Below are positions 42,677 through 57,262 of a stretch of DNA of 64,000 bases, piece by piece; position 1 is the first letter of the stretch, and each line of letters opens with the position of its first letter. This DNA comes from Escherichia phage vB_EcoM_112, in sequence record NC_024125.2; one strand, written 5' to 3'. The notes under the pieces are model-generated. The model ran no database searches. It worked only from the letters and a program-made list of their open reading frames with translations, and was not told where the DNA came from. Made by a program: the position numbers and the translations under genes.

Positions 42677-43330
42677 TCAATACTTACAAGATTTCACAGT
42701 TTCAATGAAAACATTTTTAGCTTTCTGTGAATCAATATTTAAAATTTTTCTATAAGCCTTTAACTTTATAGAATAATTATTCCAGACTAAATTATCAGTC
42801 TGTTCATCATGTTTATCAATTATATTTAAAAACGAATCAAGCAAGATAAACGTCTCAAACGAAATTATATTCGATTGTAGAAGTTTAAAAATATAACTTG
42901 ACTGAACCTTTGGATTATATTCAAAGATTTCTTTAAAAGCAGAAACTTCAACTTTTTTACTAAAATAATAAATGTTGCGAATATCTTCTTCAAACTTAAA
43001 TTTAATTTGCTTTAAGCGTCCGATATATTCACGATAAAACACAAGTGCATCAGCGTCAGAGATGTCACCAATCCAAGCATCTTGGTTAGCAACCAAATTA
43101 CTTATAAAAATTAAAGCAAGTTCCTTTAATTTATATTTTTCTGATAACTTCTGGAAAAAATACTTATCCCTTCGCTTTTGATAAGCGGCATCAGACACCC
43201 GCATGCACCAATTATACTTAATTACATCATACTTTCCATTCATATGCTGTTTTATCATTAAGTATAATTTATAAACTGATTTACCATCAATGTATCTTTC
43301 ACCACCAGCAGGCATGCGGAGTTTAATCAT
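42677..43330 (-). CDS. 59: gp59 helicase loader
   Basis: 217 aa (T4 gp59 length); synteny. Confidence 0.9.
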   Translation of the reverse strand: MIKLRMPAGGERYIDGKSVYKLYLMIKQHMNGKYDVIKYNWCMRVSDAAYQKRRDKYFFQKLSEKYKLKELALIFISNLVANQDAWIGDISDADALVFYREYIGRLKQIKFKFEEDIRNIYYFSKKVEVSAFKEIFEYNPKVQSSYIFKLLQSNIISFETFILLDSFLNIIDKHDEQTDNLVWNNYSIKLKAYRKILNIDSQKAKNVFIETVKSCKY

Positions 43331-43665
43331 AGCAGAAAATCTAATGTATTAGTTTTTTCACAACGAACAACAGAAGGACGTAAAAGATTTTCGTCAATAG
43401 CTTCTGACTGAATTTTTTCAATTATACCCGAAGGAATAAATTTAGCAAATTGAGTTTCAGGAATAGAATTTTCTTCCAAGAATGCTGTCGTAGCTTCAAG
43501 ATAACTCATTCCAAACTCTTCTACCATTTTTTCAATAATAAATCCATTTTCTTGACGATCAAGAAGCTTTGCTATTTCATCCTTTTCTTTCTTAATTGAA
43601 AGTTCTTTTTCTGAAAGACCGGTCTCATCGACCGGACGAATATCATTTAGAGAAAACTGTGTCAT
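43327..43665 (-). CDS. 33: gp33 late transcription co-activator
   Basis: 112 aa from MTQFSLNDIRP; track ORF has 3 extra N-terminal codons. Confidence 0.85.
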   Translation of the reverse strand: MTQFSLNDIRPVDETGLSEKELSIKKEKDEIAKLLDRQENGFIIEKMVEEFGMSYLEATTAFLEENSIPETQFAKFIPSGIIEKIQSEAIDENLLRPSVVRCEKTNTLDFLL

Positions 43666-43912
43666 AAAGTTCAACTACCTCTTCAGTTTCAGCTTCAAAC
43701 ACATCACGGTTATCTTTATGATACAAAGCTAATAGACGATTAAACATCTTACCATCAACGCCAAGTTCATCTTTGGCACGAATTCGAATATCTTTAATCA
43801 GTTCATTATAACCGGAAATTTTCAGTTTATGATCAGATGCTTCTTTAATAAATTTAGCCAAGTCTTCGCCATGGATAGCTTCATCAAATTCAACCATTTC
43901 TTTTTTAGCCAT
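43643..43912 (-). CDS. dsbA: DsbA, dsDNA-binding late transcription enhancer
   Basis: 89 aa; synteny between rnh and gene 33. Confidence 0.82.
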   Translation of the reverse strand: MAKKEMVEFDEAIHGEDLAKFIKEASDHKLKISGYNELIKDIRIRAKDELGVDGKMFNRLLALYHKDNRDVFEAETEEVVELYDTVFSK

Positions 43913-43920
43913 TATTCACC

Positions 43921-44838
43921 TCAAAATTCATTAATGCTATTAGTTAATTTAGAAAGACCCGCTTTTACAAAATATGAATAAATTTTGCCACGCGGTGGTA
44001 ATTTATATGAATTATAGTAATTCACAATGTTTGAAGCAATATTATCAGGAATATAATCAAAATCAATTAGAACTAAATTTTCTTTATAACGATTATATTC
44101 AGATTCTGTGAGAAGCACCTTAGCTTGCTCACGGTCATTAGCAATAGCTTCAACGATTGAAGTTTTCATTGAAGGAGTTCGTTCACCTTCAACTTTGGTA
44201 AACCAAAAGTCAGATCGTACTTTAACTGAAGCAACGTTATCCTTTTTATCGCCTTTAAGGATTTTAGTCATACAGTCAATTTCAGCAGAACCGCTTTTAA
44301 TTTTAACCCATTTCTTGTGCATCGGTGACCATTGCTTAACATTTGGATATTTGTGAAGTTGAGTAAAGTCACCATCCGACGAAATGATTAAAATCTTATG
44401 TCCTTCTAAAGAGAACTTTTTAACAAGAACAGCAATGTGGTCATCCGCTTCATACTTATCAATATCCATAACAATGTATGGCATATAAGCTTTCAATTCA
44501 TCTATAACTTTATGGCTGGATTCAAAATAACCTTCCCAGTCCCAAGTAGATTCTTCTCGTGCTTTTCCACGGTTTTTCTTATAATAATACGCGAAATCAC
44601 GACGCCAGTATCCAGATTTCGCATTATCAATACACAGTACAATTTTAGTGTATCCAAGAGTTTTTGCTTTTTTGACATTAAACTTAATTGAGTTCAATAT
44701 CAAATGACGAACCATTGATAAATTAATTTTTTCTTTATCTGGGAAGTTTACCAAAGCAGTTGAAAGAGCAATTTGACTAAAGTCAATTAAGCAGATTCCT
44801 TCTTTGTAATCTTCATCCAGCATCATTTCTAAATCCAT
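43921..44838 (-). CDS. rnh: RNase H (5'-3' exonuclease, FEN family)
   Basis: 305 aa from MDLEMMLDEDYKEG; early promoter GTTTAC-18-TATAAT at 44868-44897. Confidence 0.9.
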   Translation of the reverse strand: MDLEMMLDEDYKEGICLIDFSQIALSTALVNFPDKEKINLSMVRHLILNSIKFNVKKAKTLGYTKIVLCIDNAKSGYWRRDFAYYYKKNRGKAREESTWDWEGYFESSHKVIDELKAYMPYIVMDIDKYEADDHIAVLVKKFSLEGHKILIISSDGDFTQLHKYPNVKQWSPMHKKWVKIKSGSAEIDCMTKILKGDKKDNVASVKVRSDFWFTKVEGERTPSMKTSIVEAIANDREQAKVLLTESEYNRYKENLVLIDFDYIPDNIASNIVNYYNSYKLPPRGKIYSYFVKAGLSKLTNSINEF

Positions 44839-44867
44839 ATGAACCTCGTTCAATTAGTGAGATTTCT

Positions 44868-44897
44868 ATTATATACCATCCAAATCTTAAAGTAAAC
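44868..44897 (-). promoter_or_regulatory. Early promoter GTTTAC-18-TATAAT for rnh
   Basis: Consensus -35 and -10; back-to-back with the gene 34 late promoter. Confidence 0.6.
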
Positions 44898-44900
44898 AAG

Positions 44901-44908
44901 TATAAATA
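44901..44908 (+). promoter_or_regulatory. Late promoter TATAAATA for gene 34
   Basis: Exact consensus ~35 nt upstream of ATG. Confidence 0.7.
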
Positions 44909-44942
44909 CTTATTATTGAAAACACAATAGGAGCCCGGGAGA

Positions 44943-47900
44943 ATGGCCGAGATTAAAAGAAAGTTCAGAGCAGAAGATGGTCTGGACGCAGGTGGTGATA
45001 AAATAATCAACGTAGCTTTAGCTGATCGTACCGTAGGAACTGACGGTGTTAACGTTGATTACTTAATTCAAGAAAACACAGTTCAACAATATGATCCAAC
45101 TCGTGGATATTTAAAAGATTTTGTAATCATTTATGATAACCGCTTTTGGGCTGCTATAAATGATATTCCAAAACCAGCAGGAGCTTTTAATAGCGTACGA
45201 TGGAGAGCGTTACGTACCGATGCAAACTGGACAACTGTTTCATCAGGACCTTATCAATTAAAGTCAGGTGAATCAATTTCAGTTAATACTGCAGCAGGAA
45301 ATGATATCACATTTACTTTACCATCTTCTCCAATTGATGGTGATACTATCGTTCTCCAAGATATTGGAGGAAAACCTGGAGTTAACCAAGTTTTAATTGT
45401 AGCTCCAGTGCAAAGTATTGTAAACTTTAGAGGTGAACAGGTACGTTCAGTACTAATGACTCATCCAAAGTCACAGCTAGTTTTAATTTTTAGTAATCGT
45501 CTGTGGCAAATGTACGTTGCTGATTATAGCAGAGAAGCTGTAGTTGTAACACCGGCAAGTCTCTATCAGGCGCAATCTAACGATTTTATCGTGCGTAGAT
45601 TTACTTCTGCTGCACCAATTAATGTTAAACTTCCAAGATTTGCTAATCATGGCGATATTATTAATTTCGTCGATTTAGATAAACTAAATCCGCTTTATCA
45701 TACAATTGTTACTACATACGATGAAACGACTTCAATACAAGAAGTTGGAACTCATTCCATTGAAGGCCGTACAACGATTGACGGTTTCTTGATGTTTGAT
45801 GATAATGAGAAATTGTGGAGATTGTTTGACGGGGATAGTAAAGCGCGTTTACGTATTATAACAACTAATTCTAATATTCGTCCAAATGAAGAAGTTATGG
45901 TATTTGGTGCGAATAACGGAACAGCTCAGACAATTGAGCTTAAGCTTCCGACTGATATTTCTGTTGGTGATACTGTTAAAATTTCCATGAATTACATGAG
46001 AAAAGGACAAACAGTTAAAATCAAAGCTGCCGGTGAAGATAAAATTGCTTCTTCAGTTCAATTGCTGCAATTCCCAAAACGCTCAGAATATCCGCCTGAA
46101 GCTGAATGGGTTACAGTCCAAGAATTAGTTTTTAATGGTGAAACTAATTATGTTCCGGTTTTACAACTTGCTTATATAGAAGATTCTGACGGAAAATACT
46201 GGGTAGTACAGCAAAACGTTCCAACTGTAGAAAGAGTAGATTCTTTAAATGATTCTACTAGAGCAAGATTAGGCGTAATTGCTTTAGCTACACAAGCTCA
46301 AGCAAATGCTGATTTAGAAAATTCTCCACAAAAAGAATTGGCAATTACTCCAGAAACGTTAGCTAATCGTACTGCTACAGAAACTCGTAGAGGTATCGCA
46401 AGAATAGCAACTACTGCTCAAGTTAACCAGGATACTACATTCTCTTTTGCAGATGACCTTATCATTACTCCTAAAAAGCTGAATGAAAGAACAGCTACTG
46501 AAACTCGCAGAGGTGTTGCTGAAATTGCTACGCAGCAAGAAACTAATGCAGGAACCGATGATACTACAATCATCACTCCTAAAAAGCTTCAAGCTCGCCA
46601 AGGTTCTGAATCATTATCTGGTATTGTAACTTTTGTATCTACTGCAGGAGCTACTCCAGCTTCTAGTCGTGAATTAAATGGTACGAATGTTTATGATAAA
46701 AACACTAATAATTTAGTTGTTTCACCTAAAGCTTTGGATCAGTATAAAGCTACTCCAACGCAACAAGGCGCAGTAATTTTAGCAGTTGAAAGTGAAGTAA
46801 TTGCTGGACAAAGCCAAGAAGGATGGGCAAATGCGGTTGTAACGCCAGAAACGTTACATAAAAAGACATCAACTGATGCAAGAATTGGTTTAATTGAAAT
46901 TGCTACGCAAAGTGAAGTTAACACAGGAACTGACTATACTCGTGCAGTCACTCCTAAAACTTTAAATGACCGTAGAGCAACTGAAAGTTTAAGTGGTATA
47001 GCTGAAATTGCTACGCAAGTTGAATTCGACACAGGCGTCGACGATACTCGTATCTCTACACCATTAAAAATTAAAACCAGATTTAATAGTACTGATCGTA
47101 CTTCTGTTGTTGCTCTATCTGGATTAGTTGAATCAGGAACTCTCTGGGACCATTATACCCTCAATATTCTTGAAGCAAATGAGACACAACGTGGTACACT
47201 TCGTGTAGCTACACAAGTTGAAGCTGCTGCAGGAACATTAGATAATGTTTTAATAACTCCTAAAAAGCTTTTAGGTACTAAATCTACTGAAGCGCAAGAA
47301 GGTGTTATTAAAGTTGCAACTCAGTCTGAAACTGTGACTGGAACATCAGCAAATACTGCTGTATCTCCAAAAAATTTAAAATGGATTGTGCAGAGTGAAC
47401 CTACTTGGGCAGCAACTACTCTGATAAGAGGTTTTGTTAAAACTTCATCTGGTTCAATTACGTTTGTTGGTAATGATACAGTCGGTTCTACCCAAGATTT
47501 AGAACTGTACGAGAAAAATAGTTATGCAGTATCACCATATGAATTAAATCGCGTATTAGCAAATTATTTGCCGTTAAAAGCAAAAGCGGTAGATAGTAAT
47601 TTATTAGATGGTCTAGATTCACTCCAGTTCATTCGTAGGGATATTGCGCAGACAGTTAATGGATCATTAACCTTAACCCAACAAACGAATCTGAGTGCCC
47701 CTCTTGTATCATCTAGTACTGCTACGTTTGGTGGTTCAGTTTCGGCAAATAGTGTACTAACTATTTCTAATACTGGAACAGAAACTCATCTGATTTTTGA
47801 GAAAGGACCTCAAACTGGAACTAACCAAGCGCAGACGGTGACTATTAGAGTGTGGGGTAATCAATTTAGTGGGGAATCAGACACAACACGTTCTACTGTA

Positions 47901-48812
47901 TTTGAAGTTGGTGATGAAACGTCTAATCATTTTTATTCTCAGCGCAATAAAGCTGGAAATATAACATTTAATATCAACGGTACAGTAACACCTATAAATG
48001 TTAATGCTTCAGGAACATTGAATGCAAATGGTGTAGCAACATTTGGTAATTCAGTCACTGCAACTGGTGAAATTATTTCTCGAAGCGCAAATGCTTTCCG
48101 TGCTATTAACGGAAATTATGGTTTCATTGTTCGCAATGATGGATCAGTAACGAATTTTATGCTTACTGCATCGGGTGATCAGACTGGCGGATTTAATGGA
48201 TTGCGTCCTTTAGCTATCAATAATGCATCTGGTCAAGTAACGATTGGCGAAAGCTTAATCATTGCCAAAGGTGCTACTATAAATTCAGGCGGTTTGACTG
48301 TTAACTCGAGAATTCGTTCTCAGGGTACTAAAACATCTGACTTATATACCCGTGCGCCAACATCTGATACTGTAGGATTCTGGTCAATCGATATTAACGA
48401 TTCAGCCACTTATAACCAGTTCCCGGGTTATTTTAAAATGGTTGAAAAAACTAATGAAGTGACTGGACTTCCATACTTAGAACGTGGTGAAGAGGTTAAA
48501 TCTCCTGGTACACTGACTCAGTTTGGTAACACACTTGATTCGCTTTACCAAGATTGGATTACTTATCCAACAACACCAGAAGCGCGTACCACTCGTTGGA
48601 CGCGCACATGGCAGAAAACCAAAAACTCTTGGTCAAGTTTTGTTCAGGTATTTGACGGAGGTAACCCTCCTCAACCATCTGACATCGGTGCTTTACCATC
48701 TGATAATGCTATAATGGGTAATCTTACTATTCGTGATTTCTTACGAATTGGTAATGTTCGCATTGTTCCTGACCCAGTGAATAAAACGGTTAAATTTGAA
48801 TGGGTTGAATAA
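44943..48812 (+). CDS. 34: Long tail fibre proximal subunit gp34
   Basis: 1289 aa (T4 gp34 length); internal ~40-aa repeats (ITPKKL...TRRG...IATQ); late promoter TATAAATA at 44901. Confidence 0.93.
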   Translation: MAEIKRKFRAEDGLDAGGDKIINVALADRTVGTDGVNVDYLIQENTVQQYDPTRGYLKDFVIIYDNRFWAAINDIPKPAGAFNSVRWRALRTDANWTTVSSGPYQLKSGESISVNTAAGNDITFTLPSSPIDGDTIVLQDIGGKPGVNQVLIVAPVQSIVNFRGEQVRSVLMTHPKSQLVLIFSNRLWQMYVADYSREAVVVTPASLYQAQSNDFIVRRFTSAAPINVKLPRFANHGDIINFVDLDKLNPLYHTIVTTYDETTSIQEVGTHSIEGRTTIDGFLMFDDNEKLWRLFDGDSKARLRIITTNSNIRPNEEVMVFGANNGTAQTIELKLPTDISVGDTVKISMNYMRKGQTVKIKAAGEDKIASSVQLLQFPKRSEYPPEAEWVTVQELVFNGETNYVPVLQLAYIEDSDGKYWVVQQNVPTVERVDSLNDSTRARLGVIALATQAQANADLENSPQKELAITPETLANRTATETRRGIARIATTAQVNQDTTFSFADDLIITPKKLNERTATETRRGVAEIATQQETNAGTDDTTIITPKKLQARQGSESLSGIVTFVSTAGATPASSRELNGTNVYDKNTNNLVVSPKALDQYKATPTQQGAVILAVESEVIAGQSQEGWANAVVTPETLHKKTSTDARIGLIEIATQSEVNTGTDYTRAVTPKTLNDRRATESLSGIAEIATQVEFDTGVDDTRISTPLKIKTRFNSTDRTSVVALSGLVESGTLWDHYTLNILEANETQRGTLRVATQVEAAAGTLDNVLITPKKLLGTKSTEAQEGVIKVATQSETVTGTSANTAVSPKNLKWIVQSEPTWAATTLIRGFVKTSSGSITFVGNDTVGSTQDLELYEKNSYAVSPYELNRVLANYLPLKAKAVDSNLLDGLDSLQFIRRDIAQTVNGSLTLTQQTNLSAPLVSSSTATFGGSVSANSVLTISNTGTETHLIFEKGPQTGTNQAQTVTIRVWGNQFSGESDTTRSTVFEVGDETSNHFYSQRNKAGNITFNINGTVTPINVNASGTLNANGVATFGNSVTATGEIISRSANAFRAINGNYGFIVRNDGSVTNFMLTASGDQTGGFNGLRPLAINNASGQVTIGESLIIAKGATINSGGLTVNSRIRSQGTKTSDLYTRAPTSDTVGFWSIDINDSATYNQFPGYFKMVEKTNEVTGLPYLERGEEVKSPGTLTQFGNTLDSLYQDWITYPTTPEARTTRWTRTWQKTKNSWSSFVQVFDGGNPPQPSDIGALPSDNAIMGNLTIRDFLRIGNVRIVPDPVNKTVKFEWVE

Positions 48813-48820
48813 GAGGTATT

Positions 48821-49939
48821 ATGGAAAAATTTATGGCAGAGTTTGGACAAGGATATGTCCAAACGCCATTTTTATCGGAAAGCAATTCAGTAAGATACAA
48901 AATAAGTATAGCGGGTTCTTGTCCGCTTTCTACTGCAGGACCACCATATGTTAAATTTCAGGATAATCCTGTAGGAAGTCAAACATTTAGCGCAGGCCTT
49001 CATTTAAGAGTTTTTGACCCTTCCACCGGAGCATTAGTTGATAGTAAGTCATATGCTTTTTCGACTTCAAATGATACTACATCAGCTGCTTTTGTTAGTT
49101 TCATGAATTCTTTTTCAAACAACAGACTTGTTGCTATATTAACAAGTGGAAAGGTTAATTTTCCTCCTGAGGTAGTATCTTGGCTAAGAGCCGCGGGAAC
49201 GTCTGCTTTTCCATCTGATTCTATATTGTCAAGATTTGACGTATCATATGCTGCCTTTTATACTTCTTCTAAAAGAGCTATTGCATTAGAACATGTTAAA
49301 CTAAGTAATAGAAAAAGCACAGACGATTATCAAACTATTTTAGATGTTGTATTTGATAGTTTAGAAGACGTTGGAGCTACAGGATTTCCTAAAAGAACAT
49401 ACGAAAGCGTTGAGCAATTTATGTCAGCGGTTGGTGGAACTAATAACGAAATTGCACGTTTACCAACTTCATCCGCGATAAGTAAACTCTCTGATTATAA
49501 TTTAATTCCTGGCGATGTTCTTTATCTTAAAGCACAGCTATATGCTGATGCCGATTTACTTGCGCTTGGAACTACAAATATATCTATCCGTTTTTATGAT
49601 GAATCGAATGGATATATTTCTTCAACACATGCTGAGTTTACTGGACAAGCTGGGTCATGGGAATTAAAGGAAGATTATGTAGTTATTCCAGAAAATGCAG
49701 TAGGATTTACGATATATGCACAAAGAACTGCCCAAGCAGGTCAAGGAGGCATGAGAAATTTAAGCTTTTCTGAAGTATCAAGAAATGGCGGCATTTCAAA
49801 ACCTGCTGAATTTGGCGTCAACGGTATTCGCGTTAATTATGTCTGTGAATCCGCTTCGCCTCCAGATATAATGGTACTTCCTACACAAGCATCGTCTAAA
49901 ACTGGTAAAGTGTTTGGGCAAGAATTTAGAGAAGTTTAA
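48821..49939 (+). CDS. 35: Long tail fibre hinge protein gp35
   Basis: 372 aa; synteny. Confidence 0.9.
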   Translation: MEKFMAEFGQGYVQTPFLSESNSVRYKISIAGSCPLSTAGPPYVKFQDNPVGSQTFSAGLHLRVFDPSTGALVDSKSYAFSTSNDTTSAAFVSFMNSFSNNRLVAILTSGKVNFPPEVVSWLRAAGTSAFPSDSILSRFDVSYAAFYTSSKRAIALEHVKLSNRKSTDDYQTILDVVFDSLEDVGATGFPKRTYESVEQFMSAVGGTNNEIARLPTSSAISKLSDYNLIPGDVLYLKAQLYADADLLALGTTNISIRFYDESNGYISSTHAEFTGQAGSWELKEDYVVIPENAVGFTIYAQRTAQAGQGGMRNLSFSEVSRNGGISKPAEFGVNGIRVNYVCESASPPDIMVLPTQASSKTGKVFGQEFREV

Positions 49940-49944
49940 ATTGA

Positions 49945-49968
49945 GGGAGCCTTCGGGTTCCCTTTTTC
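49945..49968 (+). terminator. Terminator after gene 35
   Basis: GGGAGCCTTCGGGTTCCC + TTTTTCTTT. Confidence 0.7.
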
Positions 49969-49970
49969 TT

Positions 49971-49978
49971 TATAAATA
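49971..49978 (+). promoter_or_regulatory. Late promoter TATAAATA for gene 36
   Basis: Exact consensus ~24 nt upstream of ATG. Confidence 0.7.
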
Positions 49979-50001
49979 CTATTAAAATAAAGGGGCATAC
50001 A

Positions 50002-50658
50002 ATGGCTGATTTAAAAGTAGGTTCAACAACCGGAGGCTCTGTCATTTGGCATCAAGGAAATTTTCCATTGAATCCAGCCGGTGACGATGTACTCTATAAA
50101 TCATTTAAAATATATTCAGAATATAATAAACCACAAGCTGCTGATAACGATTTCGTTTCTAAAGCTAATGGCGGTACTTATTTAAATAAAGTAATTTTTA
50201 ATAAAGGAATGACTGTTCCTGGCGCAGGGTCAGGTGATAATGGTATTTTTGCTGGTCCTGGTGATAGTGCCACGTATGATACTACAAATATGGATATTGT
50301 TTCGTGGTATGGTATTGGTTTTAAATCATCACAAGGAACAGCAGGTAGAACTGTAGTAATTAACACACGAAATGGAGATATTAGCTCAAAGGGCGTAATT
50401 GAAGCATCACAAATCCGTGTAACTTCGTTATCACCAGTAAATAATTATGACCTTACGCGGAAAGATTATGTTGATGGAGCAATAAATATTGTTACAGCAA
50501 ACGCAAACTCTAGGGTATTACGCTCTGGAGACACTATGACAGGAAATTTAACTGCGCCAAACCTTTTTTCACAGAATCCTGCATCTCAACCCTCGCATGT
50601 TCCACGATTTGACCAAATTGTTATTAAGGATTCTGTTCAAGATTTCGGCTATTATTAA
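50002..50658 (+). CDS. 36: Long tail fibre distal subunit connector gp36
   Basis: 218 aa; late promoter TATAAATA at 49971; synteny. Confidence 0.88.
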   Translation: MADLKVGSTTGGSVIWHQGNFPLNPAGDDVLYKSFKIYSEYNKPQAADNDFVSKANGGTYLNKVIFNKGMTVPGAGSGDNGIFAGPGDSATYDTTNMDIVSWYGIGFKSSQGTAGRTVVINTRNGDISSKGVIEASQIRVTSLSPVNNYDLTRKDYVDGAINIVTANANSRVLRSGDTMTGNLTAPNLFSQNPASQPSHVPRFDQIVIKDSVQDFGYY

Positions 50659-50666
50659 GAGGACTT

Positions 50667-54819
<4,153 letters not shown>

Positions 54820-54849
54820 TTTGAATAAATATCCTTAAAAGGAGGGTCT

Positions 54850-55506
54850 ATGTCAGCACCTAGAATATCATTTTCGCCCTCTGATATTCTATTTGGTGTT
54901 CTAGATCGCTTGTTCAAAGATAACGCTACCGGGAAAGTTCTTGCTTCCCGGGTAGCTGTCGTAATTCTTTTGTTTATGATGGCGATTGTTTGGTATAGGG
55001 GAGATAGTTTCTTTGAGTACTATAAGCAATCAAAGTATGAAACATACAGTGAAATTATTGAAAAGGAAAGAACTGCACGCTTTGAATCTGTCGCCCTGGA
55101 ACAACTCCAGATAGTTCATATATCATCTGAGGCAGACTTTAGTGCGGTGTATTCTTTCCGCCCTAAAAACTTAAACTATTTTGTTGATATTATAGCATAT
55201 GAAGGAAAATTACCTTCAACAATAAGCGAAAAATCACTTGGAGGATATCCTGTTGATAAAACTATGGATGAATATACAGTTCATTTAAATGGACGTCATT
55301 ATTATTCCAACTCAAAATTTGCTTTTTTACCAACTAAAAAGCCTACTCCCGAAATAAACTACATGTACAGTTGTCCATATTTTAATTTGGATAATATCTA
55401 TGCTGGAACGATAACCATGTACTGGTATAGAAATGATCATATAAGTAATGACCGCCTTGAATCAATATGTGCTCAGGCGGCCAGAATATTAGGAAGGGCT
55501 AAATAA
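54850..55506 (+). CDS. t: Holin T
   Basis: 218 aa (T4 T length); N-terminal TM segment VAVVILLFMMAIVWY; position after gene 38. Confidence 0.88.
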   Translation: MSAPRISFSPSDILFGVLDRLFKDNATGKVLASRVAVVILLFMMAIVWYRGDSFFEYYKQSKYETYSEIIEKERTARFESVALEQLQIVHISSEADFSAVYSFRPKNLNYFVDIIAYEGKLPSTISEKSLGGYPVDKTMDEYTVHLNGRHYYSNSKFAFLPTKKPTPEINYMYSCPYFNLDNIYAGTITMYWYRNDHISNDRLESICAQAARILGRAK

Positions 55507-55779
55507 TTATTTGTTTGTATACATCTCTAGATATCGATATACACCCTCAAAACCCTCGTTGAATTCGTCGATGAGGGTTTTCTTATCTTCTTGGGTTAAT
55601 TCAGAAACAATTTTACGAAATGAATTCTGATTTAACTTTCTACCTTCATGCGTTACTCCAATCTCATTCAGAAATGCAATAAAATTAGCACGATTCTCAA
55701 CAATATCTTCTCTGGAAAATTTAATCAAAATAGACGCAACAGTAATAATTTCACGAACTGTATCAATGTTTTTATTCAT
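55507..55779 (-). CDS. asiA: AsiA anti-sigma-70 factor
   Basis: 90 aa; matches remembered AsiA (MNKNIDTVREIITVASILIKFSRE...); early promoter at 55811-55840. Confidence 0.9.
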   Translation of the reverse strand: MNKNIDTVREIITVASILIKFSREDIVENRANFIAFLNEIGVTHEGRKLNQNSFRKIVSELTQEDKKTLIDEFNEGFEGVYRYLEMYTNK

Positions 55780-55810
55780 TAACTATACCACTCAATTAGT
55801 TGACTTTGTT

Positions 55811-55840
55811 ATAATATCATCAGACGCTTGATTTGTAAAC
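55811..55840 (-). promoter_or_regulatory. Early promoter GTTTAC-18-TATTAT for asiA
   Basis: ~30 nt upstream of asiA ATG. Confidence 0.6.
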
Positions 55841-55940
55841 TGGTCTGTGTTATTTTCTTCAAAAATTTTTTCTGCGAATTCCTTGAACGACTCACGTTCC
55901 TGAGCTACATTGTGCTCGATTACCTTTTCAAGATTATGAC

Positions 55941-56219
55941 TCATTCGAAATAATCTTCAATTTCGTAATCATGGACATAAATCATTATAGTTTTTAATAC
56001 ATCATCAATACTTTTTCCTGGAGCTGGAATTACGTAAAAATATCCTGCTTTTGAGAGGTCTTTATAAGTTCCAACCAAGAAATCATTATTCTCAAGATGT
56101 AGTTCTTCAACTAATTCATTGACAATTGAATGGTATAAATTTGGTAGAAACTTATATAGCTTTTCTAGAATATCAATTTTGATTGTGTATTGAACCACAG
56201 ATTGAGAATCAATAATCAT
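55941..56219 (-). CDS. arn: Arn-like acidic protein (anti-restriction nuclease position)
   Basis: 92 aa, acidic; synteny adjacent to asiA. Confidence 0.7.
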   Translation of the reverse strand: MIIDSQSVVQYTIKIDILEKLYKFLPNLYHSIVNELVEELHLENNDFLVGTYKDLSKAGYFYVIPAPGKSIDDVLKTIMIYVHDYEIEDYFE

Positions 56220-56302
56220 AGACCTTCCCCTTATGTTTCTGTTTGCGATTAGATTCTTTAAACGCTTTCTTCTTATCTTTATGGACAGAAGCTTTATTAA
56301 AA

Positions 56303-56521
56303 TTATGTTTTGCGACTAAATTGTTCATAATGCTGAATTACCTCTCTCAAACATTTGCATGTGAATGAAAACTTTTTAGCTACACCACATTCAAATATAT
56401 GTTCTCTTAAATCGCGTGTATCGGTATATCCCATCTCAACAATAAAATGCCGTATTAGATTTTTATCTTTATCATTGAGAGAATTAAAATAATCAGATTT
56501 TGAATTAATTTCCCTGGCCAA
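56303..56521 (-). CDS. Hypothetical 72-aa protein (arn.x cluster)
   Basis: ORF; contains CxxC...C pattern. Confidence 0.5.
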   Translation of the reverse strand: MAREINSKSDYFNSLNDKDKNLIRHFIVEMGYTDTRDLREHIFECGVAKKFSFTCKCLREVIQHYEQFSRKT

Positions 56522-56801
56522 ATTGAATCACCTTCAGTTGACGTTTTAATTCTTTTATCATTTCTTCGTTCATCGCAATATAAAGATCGCGTAAAGCAGG
56601 TTTTAGCATTCCATTTACTGGAGAACTAAATGGACATACATAATCTTTTCCTACAAGCTTTTTGGTGAATTCCATATCACAGAACTTAAATCCCGGTTCA
56701 TTGGTATAAATTCCCCAATTAGTTGACATCATTTTATTGGCATATTCTAGTGCCTGGATTTGATTCATAATTCCATCAATTTGAAACTTTTTAATATTCA
56801 T
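56505..56801 (-). CDS. Hypothetical 98-aa protein (arn.x cluster)
   Basis: ORF in operon. Confidence 0.55.
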   Translation of the reverse strand: MNIKKFQIDGIMNQIQALEYANKMMSTNWGIYTNEPGFKFCDMEFTKKLVGKDYVCPFSSPVNGMLKPALRDLYIAMNEEMIKELKRQLKVIQFGQGN

Positions 56802-57262
56802 TAGTAAAGGTCCTCAGAGTAAAGTTCTTTTTCATTACCACCACGTTCAATACGTACTTGTCCAGCGTAAGTTGCAATAATCATTGCTTCTTCACGTGTC
56901 CAATAATTACTATATTGGTCAATAAACCCTTGGTCATCATTACAAACTTGCTGAGTAACTAATTGAGGTTTAACTACATCTAAAACTTCTGCCATATCTT
57001 TAGAATAATGACGAGCACCTGGAATAACAAGAGTTCGTCCATCTTTTAATTTAAAACGGTTGGCTGCACAGACAATTCGTCGTTGATACTTTTGGTTTTC
57101 ATCCCAGTACGCAGTCTGCCAACAGATTTCAGGAACTTCTTTCAGAATATCTTCTTCTGTGCATTTATAACCATGCGCTTTAAATTTTTCAACAAGACTT
57201 TCTGGAGTCTCACGAGATAAAGGAACATTCAGCATTTTTAAACGATTAATAAATGGGTTCAT
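56801..57262 (-). CDS. Hypothetical 153-aa protein (arn.x cluster)
   Basis: ORF in operon. Confidence 0.55.
   Translation of the reverse strand: MNPFINRLKMLNVPLSRETPESLVEKFKAHGYKCTEEDILKEVPEICWQTAYWDENQKYQRRIVCAANRFKLKDGRTLVIPGARHYSKDMAEVLDVVKPQLVTQQVCNDDQGFIDQYSNYWTREEAMIIATYAGQVRIERGGNEKELYSEDLY

Noticed and set aside
55789-55941. ~50-codon minus-strand ORF (MSHNLEKVIEHNVAQERESFKEFAEKIF...) between asiA and arn
   Set aside because: Overlaps the asiA early promoter and is below the size threshold; it could be a real micro-gene but the evidence is insufficient to call it.
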